Positions 49,016 through 59,758 of a stretch of DNA of 64,000 bases are shown piece by piece. Position 1 is the first letter of the stretch; each line of letters starts with the position of its first letter. Origin of the DNA: an uncultured Bacteroidales bacterium (GTDB lineage Bacteria; Bacteroidota; Bacteroidia; Bacteroidales; JAAYJT01); assembly GCA_964550455.1 (NCBI GenBank), contig CAZJZG010000008.1:12486-76485 (forward strand). The letters run 5' to 3'. The position numbers and the translations under genes were made by a program. A model generated the notes under the pieces. It did no database searches. It worked only from the letters and a program-made list of their open reading frames with translations, and had not been told where the DNA came from.

Positions 49016-49531
49016 TTACTCCTTTAGTTTTTCTAAAACTCCCCAACGTGGATCAATCTGTTCCTTTGATTTATGTTCTGCTAATTTCTGCAATACTTCC
49101 GGATCACAATTACTTGTACCATCTTCATTTTCAGGGTGTATATGGCGCATAGGAACCGAAAGTACAATATATTCGTAAATATAATGTCCGATATCGAAAT
49201 GTGTTTCGCTATCAGGGATCACAATTACTTCATCACTTTCTTCATGGCTATCGTTGCCAAACTTCACAAAAAGCCTGTAATTTCCACTGATCTCGAGAGG
49301 AAAAACATCAAGACAACGATCGCAAACTACATCAATTGTTCCTGAAATGGTAAAAATAAAAATAAGCATGCGCTGCTGTTTTTCCATTTCTACCACTACA
49401 TGTATCAATCCATCCTTATATTCCGAATATTCAAACTCATCAAAGAACTTTTTGTCAATTTCAAACTCAAATCTGTGATTTCCAAGCTTTAAGCCGCTAA
49501 ACGATATATGAAGTTGACGTCTGTAATACAC
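49016..49531 (-). CDS. yceD: DUF177/YceD protein
   Basis: CDRCL and DPRW motifs; upstream of rpmF-plsX-fabH. Confidence 0.9.
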   Translation of the reverse strand: MYYRRQLHISFSGLKLGNHRFEFEIDKKFFDEFEYSEYKDGLIHVVVEMEKQQRMLIFIFTISGTIDVVCDRCLDVFPLEISGNYRLFVKFGNDSHEESDEVIVIPDSETHFDIGHYIYEYIVLSVPMRHIHPENEDGTSNCDPEVLQKLAEHKSKEQIDPRWGVLEKLKE

Positions 49532-49557
49532 ATTTAGGGGATTTTAATTAAGGGGTG

Positions 49558-49565
49558 CAAAATTA
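49558..49565 (-). promoter_or_regulatory. -7 element (TAATTTTG) of the yceD-rpmF operon
   Basis: TAnnTTTG match 27 bp upstream of the start. Confidence 0.55.
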
Positions 49566-49904
49566 GAAATAATATTTTGATTAGCAATTTGATGCATGAT
49601 GCAATTAACCTAAAAATGAAATTTAAAAGGTCCGGGGATTGATATATTTTTATCAACTTACACCATACATCCTGATTATCAATGAATAAAGCTATGCAAA
49701 AATAATATGACTTAAATAACAACTAATTTGTTTTTAAATGCTAATGAGACTGATTTTTTGAAAATTGAGTTTTATTTTACTAAACCCTGCCTTGCCCGGA
49801 ACCCAAAATATCAGTAAAAAAGCCTGAATGACTGCCATGACCAAAAGCCTTCCTCATTTAAACAATAAAATATCAAGATGATGATAAATACTAAAATTAC
49901 ATAT

Positions 49905-50603
49905 TTATAACCCTTTTACATTTGGTTTTCCGGCAACAAAATCTTTCAAATAAAAAGGTTCGAAATAAGCTACATCTTCAAAACGAGACAACTTAAAGTT
50001 TTCTGAAGCAATTTTACCCATATGTGCTGCCGAATTATGAAAATCAGGGATCAGATTCCAGTTTTGCCGAACCGATAAAACATCCAGGCATTTATCAGCA
50101 CCCTCACCAAAATAATAAACCGGTTTATCAACATCAAGCTGATTTAAAAAATCTTTATCAACAATAAGTGCATCAACCTGAACAAGGGGTGTGAGGTTCT
50201 TATCGTACACAGCAGTATAAACTTCCATACGCCGCGCATCAATCATTGGGCAAAACAAGGCATTGTCAGGAAGATCTTTTTGGTTCGAAATAAAACCAGA
50301 AGCCATGCATGCCAAAGTATCAGGTGCAATCAAAGGTATGCCAAGAGCGTAACATAAACCCTTTGCCGTTGAAACTCCAATCCTCAGTCCTGTATAAGAA
50401 CCGGGACCTTTGCTCACAGCTACGGCATCCAGGTGTGAATAATTATATCCTGATTCTTTAATCAGCTCATCAATAAATAGGTTCAAAACTGTGGAATGTG
50501 CATTTCTGATGAGCGACAGACGGCTATCCACAATTTCGCCATTGCTGACCAAAGCAACAGAACAGGCCTTTGTTGCAGTTTCAATACAAAGTATAAAAGC
50601 CAT
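49905..50603 (-). CDS. tsaB: tRNA threonylcarbamoyladenosine biosynthesis protein TsaB
   Basis: IETAT, GPGSYTGLRIG, IDARRMEVY and EPFYLK motifs. Confidence 0.95.
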   Translation of the reverse strand: MAFILCIETATKACSVALVSNGEIVDSRLSLIRNAHSTVLNLFIDELIKESGYNYSHLDAVAVSKGPGSYTGLRIGVSTAKGLCYALGIPLIAPDTLACMASGFISNQKDLPDNALFCPMIDARRMEVYTAVYDKNLTPLVQVDALIVDKDFLNQLDVDKPVYYFGEGADKCLDVLSVRQNWNLIPDFHNSAAHMGKIASENFKLSRFEDVAYFEPFYLKDFVAGKPNVKGL

Positions 50604-50606
50604 AAG

Positions 50607-51950
50607 CTATTTAGCTGTGAAAAGTTCAGTACGTTCCACTTTTTTAACTATATCACCATTTCTAAGGGTTGTGGAAATGGCGCGATATGGTCCGGTAATG
50701 ATTTCCTGTCCTTCTTCAATTCCTTCTGTGATCTGAATAAACATATTGTCCTGAATTCCGGTTTTGACTTCAGTTAGTTTTGCCTTATTATTTTCAAAAA
50801 CAAATATGTATTCTTTAAAATTATCATCTGTTTTGTCTGTTCGAACCGATTCATTGTCTTCTGATCTTGACTTGCTGTTCTGCAAAGTGTCAGAACGGGT
50901 TGTCACTGCCTGAATAGGAACAGAGAGCACACCATATTCAGTTTTAGTCTGAATATCCACAGTTGCCGACATTCCCGGACGAAACGGAGAATAATCGCTC
51001 ATTTTATCACTTAAAAGGTCGGAATAGCTTTCAGGAAGTATTCTGATCTTTACATCGAAATTTGTAACCTGGTCAGCACTAACTCCGGTAAGGTTTGCCG
51101 AAGTAGCAATGGAAGTAACAACACCTTTGAATTTGCGGTTCAGATAGGCATCTACTTCTATCATTGCCGTGTCGTTATGCCTTACTCTGACTATATCATT
51201 CTCTGCCACGCTTACAATTACTTCCATACTCGAAAGTCTTGCAATACGCATAATTTCAGTGCCGGCAAACTGTGATGTGCCAACTACTCTTTCTCCTTTC
51301 TCAACCGAGAGTTTAGAAATGGTTCCTTCAATAGGTGAAAAGATTGATGTTTTAGTGAGATTTTCACGAGCTTCCTTAACAGATGCTTCAGAGCTCTTAA
51401 CACTGTATTCAGCCGCAACAACATTCTGTTCGGCAGCTTCAACTTCCGATTTTGCAACCTGATACGATGCATTAGCCTGATCATAATCAGCCTGAGAAAC
51501 GGCATTTTGATCGAGTAATGATCTTGTTCTGTTATAGGTTACCTCAGCATTGATAAACTGCGCTCTGGTTTGTGCCAGGCGTGCTTTAGCATTTGCGAGG
51601 TTAGCCCTTTGCATATTGAGTGAAGCTACAATACGATCGTAGTTTGAAATATAAATCTCGGGGTTTATCTTGGCAAGAAGCTGACCCTGCAAAACAAAAT
51701 CACCTTCTTTAACATTTAATTCCACCACTTCGCCAGAAAGATCGGGCGACAGCTTCACCTCCACTTCAGGCTGAATTTTACCACTGGCAGCCACAATTTC
51801 AATAATAGTCCGCTTTTCAGCCTTTTCAACAGTAACTCTGATCCCGGGCTTATCTCCAATGAATCCTTTCTTTTTGGCTACTGCCAGAACAATCACCACA
51901 ACAGCTATTAGTCCTATAATGATTCTCAGCAAATTTTTCTTATTTTTCAT
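50607..51950 (-). CDS. Efflux periplasmic adaptor (MFP, MacA-like)
   Basis: N-terminal TM, ASGKIQP, biotinyl-lipoyl halves (V.EGD.V), coiled coil, IFSPIEG, PGMSA and VPIQAV. Confidence 0.9.
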   Translation of the reverse strand: MKNKKNLLRIIIGLIAVVVIVLAVAKKKGFIGDKPGIRVTVEKAEKRTIIEIVAASGKIQPEVEVKLSPDLSGEVVELNVKEGDFVLQGQLLAKINPEIYISNYDRIVASLNMQRANLANAKARLAQTRAQFINAEVTYNRTRSLLDQNAVSQADYDQANASYQVAKSEVEAAEQNVVAAEYSVKSSEASVKEARENLTKTSIFSPIEGTISKLSVEKGERVVGTSQFAGTEIMRIARLSSMEVIVSVAENDIVRVRHNDTAMIEVDAYLNRKFKGVVTSIATSANLTGVSADQVTNFDVKIRILPESYSDLLSDKMSDYSPFRPGMSATVDIQTKTEYGVLSVPIQAVTTRSDTLQNSKSRSEDNESVRTDKTDDNFKEYIFVFENNKAKLTEVKTGIQDNMFIQITEGIEEGQEIITGPYRAISTTLRNGDIVKKVERTELFTAK

Positions 51951-52082
51951 CTGACTGAAATTTTTGTCAAAAGTATTAAAAACGAATATATAATGTTAAA
52001 TAACGGCGGAGTTTTAATGCTATGATTAGCGTTCAATCCGAATATATAAGCATCTGATTTATTCATTCACTCCCACTCTTCA

Positions 52083-53507
52083 TCAAAGTGTAATCGGAAT
52101 GCCCATATAAAAGTCAAGTACCTTGGTTTTGAAAATATAATTGTATTTGGCTTGCAACATTTCCGACTGTGCCCGTTGTAATTCATTTTTAGCATTATTA
52201 TAATCAAGCGAAGTTAGCATGCCAAGATTGAAGCGTTGTTCGGCATATTTGAATGATTCTTCAGTAGCTTCAACCTTTTTTCCTGAAGCTGCATATTTTT
52301 TAAGTGATGCCGAAGCATCAGCCCAAGCCTGTTGTATAGTTTTATTCAACTGCAATTTAGCTGTTTCGTGTTCGTAGCTTGCATTCTGAATAGCCAGTTT
52401 TGCTTTTTCAATACTGCTTCGCACATACCACCCGTTGAAAATAGGTATACTCATCCTGAAATCAATAGTACGATTATTATTATCGTTAAATTGTTGTTTA
52501 AAAGGCTTTATTTCGTATTTGGAATATTGCGTATAATCAGTAAAAACAGGTACTTTCACATTATTAAACCATACATAGCCAAATTCGGTAGGAATAGTAA
52601 TTGCATCCTCGCCGATTTTTTGAGCACCGCTGAAACCTGTTCCCCATGATGCATTCATGCTAATTGAGGGACTTTGAGCACCACGGGCAATGGCAAGGTT
52701 TTTTACCGCACTTTCTACCTTAAGTTCGGCGCTTTTAATATTAGGTCTTTTCACAACTGCATTTGCAAAAATCTGCTCAGGTGTCATTGTCATGGTCTGA
52801 GATTCATACAATTCAATATCAGGTTTTAAAATTCTGAAATCCTGAACTGATGGCAGATCGAGCATTTGTGCCAGTGTCAGATAGGTTAAATCCAGATTGT
52901 TACGGGCTTCAACCATTTGAAGTTCTTCGGCAGCAGCCTGAGCTTCAATTGTTAATAAATCACCTTTTGCCAGAGTTCCGGCAGCAACAAGTTTCTCCAT
53001 ACGTACAACCTGCTGGCGGGTAATATTCAACTGATTTGTTGTATTTTCAAGCATTTCTTCGGCAAATAATATCTGAAGATATGCAGTGGCTATGTTCAAG
53101 GCGAGGTCGTCCATGAAACTATCGGCATCAAGCCGGCTTGCCATTGCATTTAACTGCTCCTGCCTTACTGTGTTTATTTTTTGAAACCCATTGAAAACAT
53201 TGAATGTGGATGAAGCATAAAAATTGTTTGATCTTACCCTTTCGGTAGCAAACTGGTTTGTAAACCGGTCAATTGCCTGCCCCCAGTTCCAACCGTGCGA
53301 GACATATCCGTTCAGGTTTGGCAGCAAATTTAACTTGCTTTGTAATAAACTGGCTTCGGCATTTTCAACACCAAGCATATATTGCTTGATCTGAATATTA
53401 TTTTCAAATGCATGTTGAATACAGTCTTCCAGAGTCCAGACTTTTTGAGCAAAAGACAAGAAAAAGAAAGAAACTGATAGGGTTAATGTTAGAAAAAGCT
53501 TTTTCAT
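52083..53507 (-). CDS. TolC-family outer membrane protein
   Basis: Signal peptide, WTLEDCI..A..NN, LLPNL, IPIFNG and RFNLG repeats. Confidence 0.92.
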   Translation of the reverse strand: MKKLFLTLTLSVSFFFLSFAQKVWTLEDCIQHAFENNIQIKQYMLGVENAEASLLQSKLNLLPNLNGYVSHGWNWGQAIDRFTNQFATERVRSNNFYASSTFNVFNGFQKINTVRQEQLNAMASRLDADSFMDDLALNIATAYLQILFAEEMLENTTNQLNITRQQVVRMEKLVAAGTLAKGDLLTIEAQAAAEELQMVEARNNLDLTYLTLAQMLDLPSVQDFRILKPDIELYESQTMTMTPEQIFANAVVKRPNIKSAELKVESAVKNLAIARGAQSPSISMNASWGTGFSGAQKIGEDAITIPTEFGYVWFNNVKVPVFTDYTQYSKYEIKPFKQQFNDNNNRTIDFRMSIPIFNGWYVRSSIEKAKLAIQNASYEHETAKLQLNKTIQQAWADASASLKKYAASGKKVEATEESFKYAEQRFNLGMLTSLDYNNAKNELQRAQSEMLQAKYNYIFKTKVLDFYMGIPITL

Positions 53508-53687
53508 AAACGACAGTTATAGATTGAGATATATATTCTTTGAGTTGCTTCTTATATCATGTCATTGATATTCTGAGTCTTACTTCTCCAAAACTAATTA
53601 TAACAAAAATAAAACAAAGGCTTTAATAATTATTTGACAAATTTACAACAGTAATGTTACAATTTCATTTGTTTTGAAAAAGGACGA

Positions 53688-53695
53688 TACTTTTG
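53688..53695 (+). promoter_or_regulatory. -7 element (TACTTTTG) of acpH
   Basis: TAnnTTTG match 20 bp upstream of the start. Confidence 0.5.
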
Positions 53696-53714
53696 CAAAA
53701 CTAAAATAAATTAA

Positions 53715-54305
53715 ATGAACTTCCTTTCTCACGCCTTTCTTTCAGGTAACAATGAAAATATTATTCTTGGCAATTTTATTGCTGACCATGTAAAAGGAAA
53801 GGCAATTGAAAAATATAATGATGGTATAAGGGTTGGCATAGATTTGCATCGCCGCATTGATTCTTTTACTGATTCACATCCCGTAGTCCGAAAAAGCATT
53901 AACAGGCTTAAAGATAGATTTGGCAGGTACTCGGGAGTTATTGTTGATATGTTTTACGATCATTTGCTTGCAAACAACTGGAAAGATTATTCGGCTATTC
54001 CGTTAAAAGAATTCACATTGAATATTTACCGGATTATTTTGAACAGTCTTACAATTCTTCCGCCCAGAACACGTGAAATGATGCCATATATGATCGAAGC
54101 TGACTGGCTTGCAAGTTATGCACAATTACAGGGTTTACACAAGGCTCTGTCGTTAATGTCGGAGCGTACAAAATATACCTCACGCATGGAACATGCAACT
54201 GAAGCACTAATACAGGATTATCAGGATTATAAAAATGAATTTCTGATATTTTTTGAGGATATCAGAAAAGACACAGCAAGCTTTTTCATTGAAAATGAAC
54301 TTTGA
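53715..54305 (+). CDS. acpH: ACP phosphodiesterase
   Basis: MNFLSHAFLS, GNFIADHVKG, LHRRIDSFTD and DMFYDH motifs. Confidence 0.93.
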   Translation: MNFLSHAFLSGNNENIILGNFIADHVKGKAIEKYNDGIRVGIDLHRRIDSFTDSHPVVRKSINRLKDRFGRYSGVIVDMFYDHLLANNWKDYSAIPLKEFTLNIYRIILNSLTILPPRTREMMPYMIEADWLASYAQLQGLHKALSLMSERTKYTSRMEHATEALIQDYQDYKNEFLIFFEDIRKDTASFFIENEL

Positions 54306-54348
54306 AAGTCTTTTTTTAAGAGCATTGAATCTCAATTTGGGTTCGAAA

Positions 54349-56250
54349 TCAATAGGCTCTGACGTTTCTTCCTTCAATGTAATTAATAAAAGACCGGTTC
54401 ACAACTTTATTTCCTCCCGGAGTTGGGTAATTACCTGTAAAATACCAATCGCCTTTATGGTTTGGGCAGGCTTCATGAAGGTTCTCAATAGTATTGAAAA
54501 CAACACTTACCTTTGCGTTTACAGAAGTAGGACGCACAAGTTCAGATATCTTTTCTGAAATCTGGTCAGCACTGAAAGGACGATAGATTTCTTTTACATG
54601 ATTAATTATTTCTTTCGCAGGTAAATTTTCCTGCTGTTTACATTTTCTGTAAACCTCGTTAATAATATGCGACTGATGACTTTCTCTCAATAATGCTATG
54701 GCAGCACGAAAAGCAATGAAATCGCCTAATTTAGCCATATCAATCCCGTAACAATCAGGATAACGTATTTGTGGCGCAGACGAAGCTATTACAATATGTT
54801 TCGGACCGAGACGATCAAGAATGTGAATTATACTTTTTCGCAATGTAGTTCCCCGAACTATTGAATCATCAAGTACTACAAGGGTATCAATTCCGGTTCT
54901 TACAATTCCGTAGGTAACATCGTAAACATGCGCCACCAGGTCGTCGCGCCCTATATCCTGGCTAATGAAAGTCCGCAGTTTATGGTCTTTTACTGCTACC
55001 TTTTCAACGCGTGGACTGAAAGATAAAATCTCATTTATCAGTTGCTCGTTCAGTTCGTTTTTATGTTGTAATAATTTTTCGCATTTTACTTTATTGCAAA
55101 ATTCGTTAAGAGCTTCCACCATACCATAATAGGCAACTGCAGCAGTGTTGGGGATATAGGAAAACACAGTGTCAGTCAAATTATAATCAACAGTTTTAAG
55201 AATGGTATGGGTCAACATTTTGCCAAGCTTTTTGCGTTCAAGGTAAATCTCAGCATCAGTACCCCTTGAAAAATATATTCGCTCAAACGAACATGGTGAT
55301 TTTTCAACAGGTTCAATACATTTGCTTTCAACCCAATATCCATTTTGCTTGATGATAAGCGCATGCCCGGGCTTAATTTCCCTGATTTCGCCAAACGGAA
55401 CACTAAAAGCTGTTTGAATTGCAGGTCGTTCAGATGTGATTACAATAACTTCATCATCAGCGTAATAAAATGCCGGACGAATGCCAGCAGGGTCGCGCAT
55501 TACAAAGGCATCACCATGACCAAGCATACCTACGATTACATAACCTCCATCCCAATTTGAAGTAGCATTTGTAAGTATTTTCTGAAGATCAAGATTTTCA
55601 GCAATATGAGCGCTTATCTCTTTTTTTAAATAACCTTTTTGCTTGAATTTTCGGTATAGTTCTTCATTTTCATAATCCAGAAAATGCCCGATCTTTTCAA
55701 GAATTGTTACAGTATCAGATGTTTCAAGTGGATATTGTCCTATCTCAACCAGCAAATCAAAAAGTTCGCCTACGTTGGTCAGATTAAAATTTCCTGCAAG
55801 AATAAGATTTCGGGTCTTCCAGTTGTTTTGCCTGATAAATGGGTGCACATTCCGTAAATCATTCTCACCGTATGTTCCATATCGAAGATGACCAAGAAAT
55901 AATTCTCCGGTAAAATCAATATTACTTTTCAGCCATTCCACATCCCTTAATCTGTCAGGATAGCTTTCTTTTATCTTGTTAATATTTTCAAACATCTGAT
56001 AAAAAATATCATTTACAGGCGTATCAGCCACTGAACGCATATGACTTATATATCTCTGACCCGGCTCTGTATCAAGCTTAATACCGGCAATTCCGGCACC
56101 ATCATGTCCGCGGTTATGTTGTTTTTCCATCAGCAGATGTAACTTGTTTAAGCCATAAAAAGCTGTACCATATTTAAATAAGTAATATTCAAGTGGTTTC
56201 AACAGCCTTATCAGGGCAATGCCACATTCGTGCTTAATTTGTTCGCTCAC
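54349..56250 (-). CDS. purF: Amidophosphoribosyltransferase (long Bacteroidota type)
   Basis: KHECG, QHNRG.DGAG, HLRYGT, GNFN, RDPAGIRP, CSFERIYFSR, DDSIVRGTT and SSAPQIRYP motifs. Confidence 0.93.
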   Translation of the reverse strand: MSEQIKHECGIALIRLLKPLEYYLFKYGTAFYGLNKLHLLMEKQHNRGHDGAGIAGIKLDTEPGQRYISHMRSVADTPVNDIFYQMFENINKIKESYPDRLRDVEWLKSNIDFTGELFLGHLRYGTYGENDLRNVHPFIRQNNWKTRNLILAGNFNLTNVGELFDLLVEIGQYPLETSDTVTILEKIGHFLDYENEELYRKFKQKGYLKKEISAHIAENLDLQKILTNATSNWDGGYVIVGMLGHGDAFVMRDPAGIRPAFYYADDEVIVITSERPAIQTAFSVPFGEIREIKPGHALIIKQNGYWVESKCIEPVEKSPCSFERIYFSRGTDAEIYLERKKLGKMLTHTILKTVDYNLTDTVFSYIPNTAAVAYYGMVEALNEFCNKVKCEKLLQHKNELNEQLINEILSFSPRVEKVAVKDHKLRTFISQDIGRDDLVAHVYDVTYGIVRTGIDTLVVLDDSIVRGTTLRKSIIHILDRLGPKHIVIASSAPQIRYPDCYGIDMAKLGDFIAFRAAIALLRESHQSHIINEVYRKCKQQENLPAKEIINHVKEIYRPFSADQISEKISELVRPTSVNAKVSVVFNTIENLHEACPNHKGDWYFTGNYPTPGGNKVVNRSFINYIEGRNVRAY

Positions 56251-56290
56251 AATTATTAAGTTAAAATTTATTTTCTTATACCAAAAACCT

Positions 56291-56298
56291 TATTTTTG
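56291..56298 (+). promoter_or_regulatory. -7 element (TATTTTTG)
   Basis: TAnnTTTG match 41 bp upstream of ATG 56339. Confidence 0.5.
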
Positions 56299-56338
56299 CA
56301 GAATTAAATCAATTTTTATAAATGCAAAATTAACTTTT

Positions 56339-57730
56339 ATGAAACGAACATTATTACTTTTTATGGTATTTTGTTTCAGTTCATTGGTTTACGGTCAGTA
56401 TATTACTCCTGGAACCGGTGTTAGCTGGACATTTAATGATCTTGTACAGGAATCGGGTGGTGTTGTTACCGTTGACAATGGAATTTTTACTGTACATCAA
56501 AATCTTACTGTTTCGCTTACCGACACTTTACGTGTTGTTGAAAATGAAACAATTAAATTCGATCCAACAATCCTTTTAACAGTAAAGGGCGTATTTATTG
56601 CTGATGCACCTGATCAGTCATTGTTTACTGTAAGTACTGAGGACCAGTTTTTCAAAGGATTCAGATTTGAAAGCTCGCATGCCTCTGTAATACGCAATTG
56701 CGTAATTGAATATGCCGGGGGAATTCAGATAATCGGTTCACAAATGTTGCTTGAAGGCAATACTATCAGATTTTTTAACCGTTCGAACACAACAGGTGCA
56801 ATACAGGTTTCAAACGGAAGGACCTGGATTAAAAACAATGAAATACATCAAAATCATGGTCCCGCAATTGCTTCAGCATCAAACGGTGCAGCAGCACCAC
56901 AAATTTTTAACAATAATATCTGGAGCAATAACACAGGTAATACCAATGCTCCGCAAATCAACCTTGGCAGTGCTTCAGGCGATACCATAAGAATAATAGG
57001 AAATACCATCATCGGACAATATCTTATGTCAGGAGGTATTGCAGTTTCTACTCTTATTGGTGGCGGATGTATTTCAATTGTCGAAGATAATTATATTGAA
57101 AACAACCGCTATGGTTATACTGCCATTGGAAACAATATTTATTCAATTGTTCGTAATAATCAGATCTTTGGTAATGACATACAAAATGACCCCAATCTTG
57201 GTGGTAGCGGACTGAATTTCAACGGTGGCACAACAAATACTGGTATTGTCAGCTTCAATGAAGTAAGCGGAAATCTCTGGGGGATCACATTACAGGGATC
57301 GGCTACTCCGAATCTTGGAGATATGAGCAATCCAGAAGTTTATCCCGGTGGAAACAAATTCTACGATAACGGCAATAACGGTCAGATCTTCGCAATGTAC
57401 AACAATACAGCCCAAAACCAGATAGCTCAGAACAACTATTGGGGCTATAATGATGTTGACTCAGTGGAAATGGTAATTGTACATCAGCCCGACGATCCTG
57501 CACTTGGATTTGTGGATTATCTGCCAATAATGGTCTTAAATCCGGTATTAACCGGCGATGCCAATTGTGACGGAGAAGTTGACGTGCTTGATATTATTTG
57601 CATTTCAAATTATATCCTTGGACATGACCCTGAGCCATTCTGTTTTGAAAATGCTGATATAAACGAAGATGGTATTATTGATCTGCTGGATATTATTCGT
57701 ACTGCAAATATAATCCTGCGCCTGGATTAA
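56339..57730 (+). CDS. Secreted right-handed beta-helix protein with C-terminal type I dockerin
   Basis: Signal peptide MKRTLLLF...VYG, Asn-rich PbH repeats, AQNNYWG, then GDANCDGEVDVLD...ADINEDGIIDLLD. Start set at ATG 56339. Confidence 0.8.
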   Translation: MKRTLLLFMVFCFSSLVYGQYITPGTGVSWTFNDLVQESGGVVTVDNGIFTVHQNLTVSLTDTLRVVENETIKFDPTILLTVKGVFIADAPDQSLFTVSTEDQFFKGFRFESSHASVIRNCVIEYAGGIQIIGSQMLLEGNTIRFFNRSNTTGAIQVSNGRTWIKNNEIHQNHGPAIASASNGAAAPQIFNNNIWSNNTGNTNAPQINLGSASGDTIRIIGNTIIGQYLMSGGIAVSTLIGGGCISIVEDNYIENNRYGYTAIGNNIYSIVRNNQIFGNDIQNDPNLGGSGLNFNGGTTNTGIVSFNEVSGNLWGITLQGSATPNLGDMSNPEVYPGGNKFYDNGNNGQIFAMYNNTAQNQIAQNNYWGYNDVDSVEMVIVHQPDDPALGFVDYLPIMVLNPVLTGDANCDGEVDVLDIICISNYILGHDPEPFCFENADINEDGIIDLLDIIRTANIILRLD

Positions 57731-58038
57731 CTTTCACCTCAGATCTGGATTCATACTTTTATAAATTCCTGCAAAACAATACTCTGACAAGGTAGTTGTT
57801 AATTGATGAAATTGCAGAGTTGTCTGTCAGAAAATTCATTTGGTTTCTGACAACTGTAATAATTATTATACAAAATCACGATAAAGTTCTGTTTTTATGT
57901 AATCAGACCCGATAAGTTTAACATTTTTACAAATACCTGGAATTTATAAAAATCATTTATCGTACTATCCCGGGATCAGAAATGAATAAAACTCAAACTA
58001 TACAAACTAATTTAAACTTTTTATCAAACACACTATAA

Positions 58039-59202
58039 ATGAGGCCAATGACCTTTCTGGTATTTTTTGCAATAGTTTTCGCTGTTTATTCTTCCATTAA
58101 TTATTATCTGTTTTCCAGATTAAACATGGTTTTCCCGGGCACTTCCGGAATCGCCCTGTATGTAAAAATAATTTTCTGGTTTTTGGTTGTTTCTTATTTT
58201 GCCGGGCGGTTTCTGGAAAAGATATGGCTTTCAAAAATCTCAATGGGCATTACAATTATAGGTTCGTACTGGCTGGCTGCCATGTTATATTTACTAATTA
58301 CCGTTTTACTGATTGATTTGATCCGCCTTGCAGGGTATTTTATCCCGTTTTTATCGTCCGGTATTTCAAACCATTTGCACGATGGGAAAAAATATTTGTT
58401 TTGGGGTTTAATTGCAGCCACCGGAACATTGATGACTTATGGTTATTTTAATGCCCGCAGACCATTGATAAGAGAGCTTGAGATCAGTATCCGTAAACAA
58501 GCCGGCAACAGAAAAGAGCTTAATATTGTAATGGGTTCCGATATTCATCTGGGTACAATGTTTACTAAAAAGCGTCTTCAGCAAATTGTAAATCAGATCA
58601 ATAGTTTAGAACCCGATATTATATTACTGGCAGGAGATATCATTGATGAAGACCTGAAACCTGTTATTCGTAAAGATTTAGGTTCGGAATTAAAAATGCT
58701 GAAAGCTAAATCAGGAGTTTTTGCAGTAACCGGAAACCATGAATATATTGGTGGAGTAAATCCGGCGGTTTCATATCTTGAAAGTCATGACATACAATTG
58801 TTACGAGACACTGCAGTATTGATTGAAAACAGCTTTTACCTTATCGGACGCGAAGATCGCAGTCATCGGGGATTTTTTGGCAAACAGCGTAAAGCTCTGC
58901 CTGATATAATGAAGGGGTTAAATAAGGATCTGCCCCTAATTCTTATGGATCATCAACCATTTAAACTTGAAGAATCTGTGGAAAACGGGATTGATGTCCA
59001 TCTGGCTGGTCATACCCATAACGGGCAAATATGGCCTCTGAATTATATTATTGATGCTATTTACGAAGTGGGTTGGGGTTATAAAAATAAATCCGGTACT
59101 CATGTTTATGTTTCTTCCGGTATAGGAACATGGGGACCTCCGGTTAGAATAGGGACCAGACCTGAGATAATTAAAATGAAACTGAATTTTAACAGCGAAT
59201 AA
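58039..59202 (+). CDS. Membrane-anchored metallophosphoesterase (YkuE-like)
   Basis: N-terminal TMs; SDIH, GDIID, GNHE, DHQP and GHTH motifs. Confidence 0.92.
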   Translation: MRPMTFLVFFAIVFAVYSSINYYLFSRLNMVFPGTSGIALYVKIIFWFLVVSYFAGRFLEKIWLSKISMGITIIGSYWLAAMLYLLITVLLIDLIRLAGYFIPFLSSGISNHLHDGKKYLFWGLIAATGTLMTYGYFNARRPLIRELEISIRKQAGNRKELNIVMGSDIHLGTMFTKKRLQQIVNQINSLEPDIILLAGDIIDEDLKPVIRKDLGSELKMLKAKSGVFAVTGNHEYIGGVNPAVSYLESHDIQLLRDTAVLIENSFYLIGREDRSHRGFFGKQRKALPDIMKGLNKDLPLILMDHQPFKLEESVENGIDVHLAGHTHNGQIWPLNYIIDAIYEVGWGYKNKSGTHVYVSSGIGTWGPPVRIGTRPEIIKMKLNFNSE

Positions 59203-59253
59203 TTATTTCATTATCTTTGAACCCGTGTCTATTTCATTATAAATCATGTTATT

Positions 59254-59712
59254 ATGATTGATTGTGTAGTACGTAAAGCAAATCCTCATGAATCTGATCT
59301 GATTGCTGGATTTCAGATTGCAATGGCAAAGGAAACCGAAGATGTGGCTCTTTCTGAACCAGTTGTTTCAGAGGGAGTTAAGGCTGTTTTTAAGAATCCA
59401 GGAAAAGGGCAGTATTATGTTGCTGAAATCAATAACGAAGTGATAGCCTGCATGTTAATAACTACTGAATGGAGCGATTGGCGAAATGGAACTTTTTTAT
59501 GGTTTCAGTCAATTTATGTAAAGCCTGAGTTCAGAGGCAAAAGTGTTTTCAAACAAATGTATAATCATATCAGATCGTTGGTTGAAGCTGATAAAAATTT
59601 GAAAGGACTCAGGTTATATGTATTTCACACCAACAAGAAAGCTCCGGCCGTTTATAAATCGGTGGGAATGGACGATGAGTTTTACCGGCTCTTTGAATGG
59701 GTAAAGCAGTGA
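59254..59712 (+). CDS. GNAT-family N-acetyltransferase
   Basis: EWSDWRNG, QSIYVKPEFRGKSVF, LRLYV and A..VY..VG motifs. Confidence 0.88.
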   Translation: MIDCVVRKANPHESDLIAGFQIAMAKETEDVALSEPVVSEGVKAVFKNPGKGQYYVAEINNEVIACMLITTEWSDWRNGTFLWFQSIYVKPEFRGKSVFKQMYNHIRSLVEADKNLKGLRLYVFHTNKKAPAVYKSVGMDDEFYRLFEWVKQ

Positions 59713-59758
59713 ATATAAACACATTGCTCTTGGTAAATCAGCTTATCTTTTTAAAATC

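Noticed and set aside
57770-57870. Imperfect inverted repeat (gtcagaaa...tttctgac) and tctgacaagg shared with about 28470
   Set aside because: Short and degenerate; insufficient to call a MITE or REP, and it may be a weak terminator.
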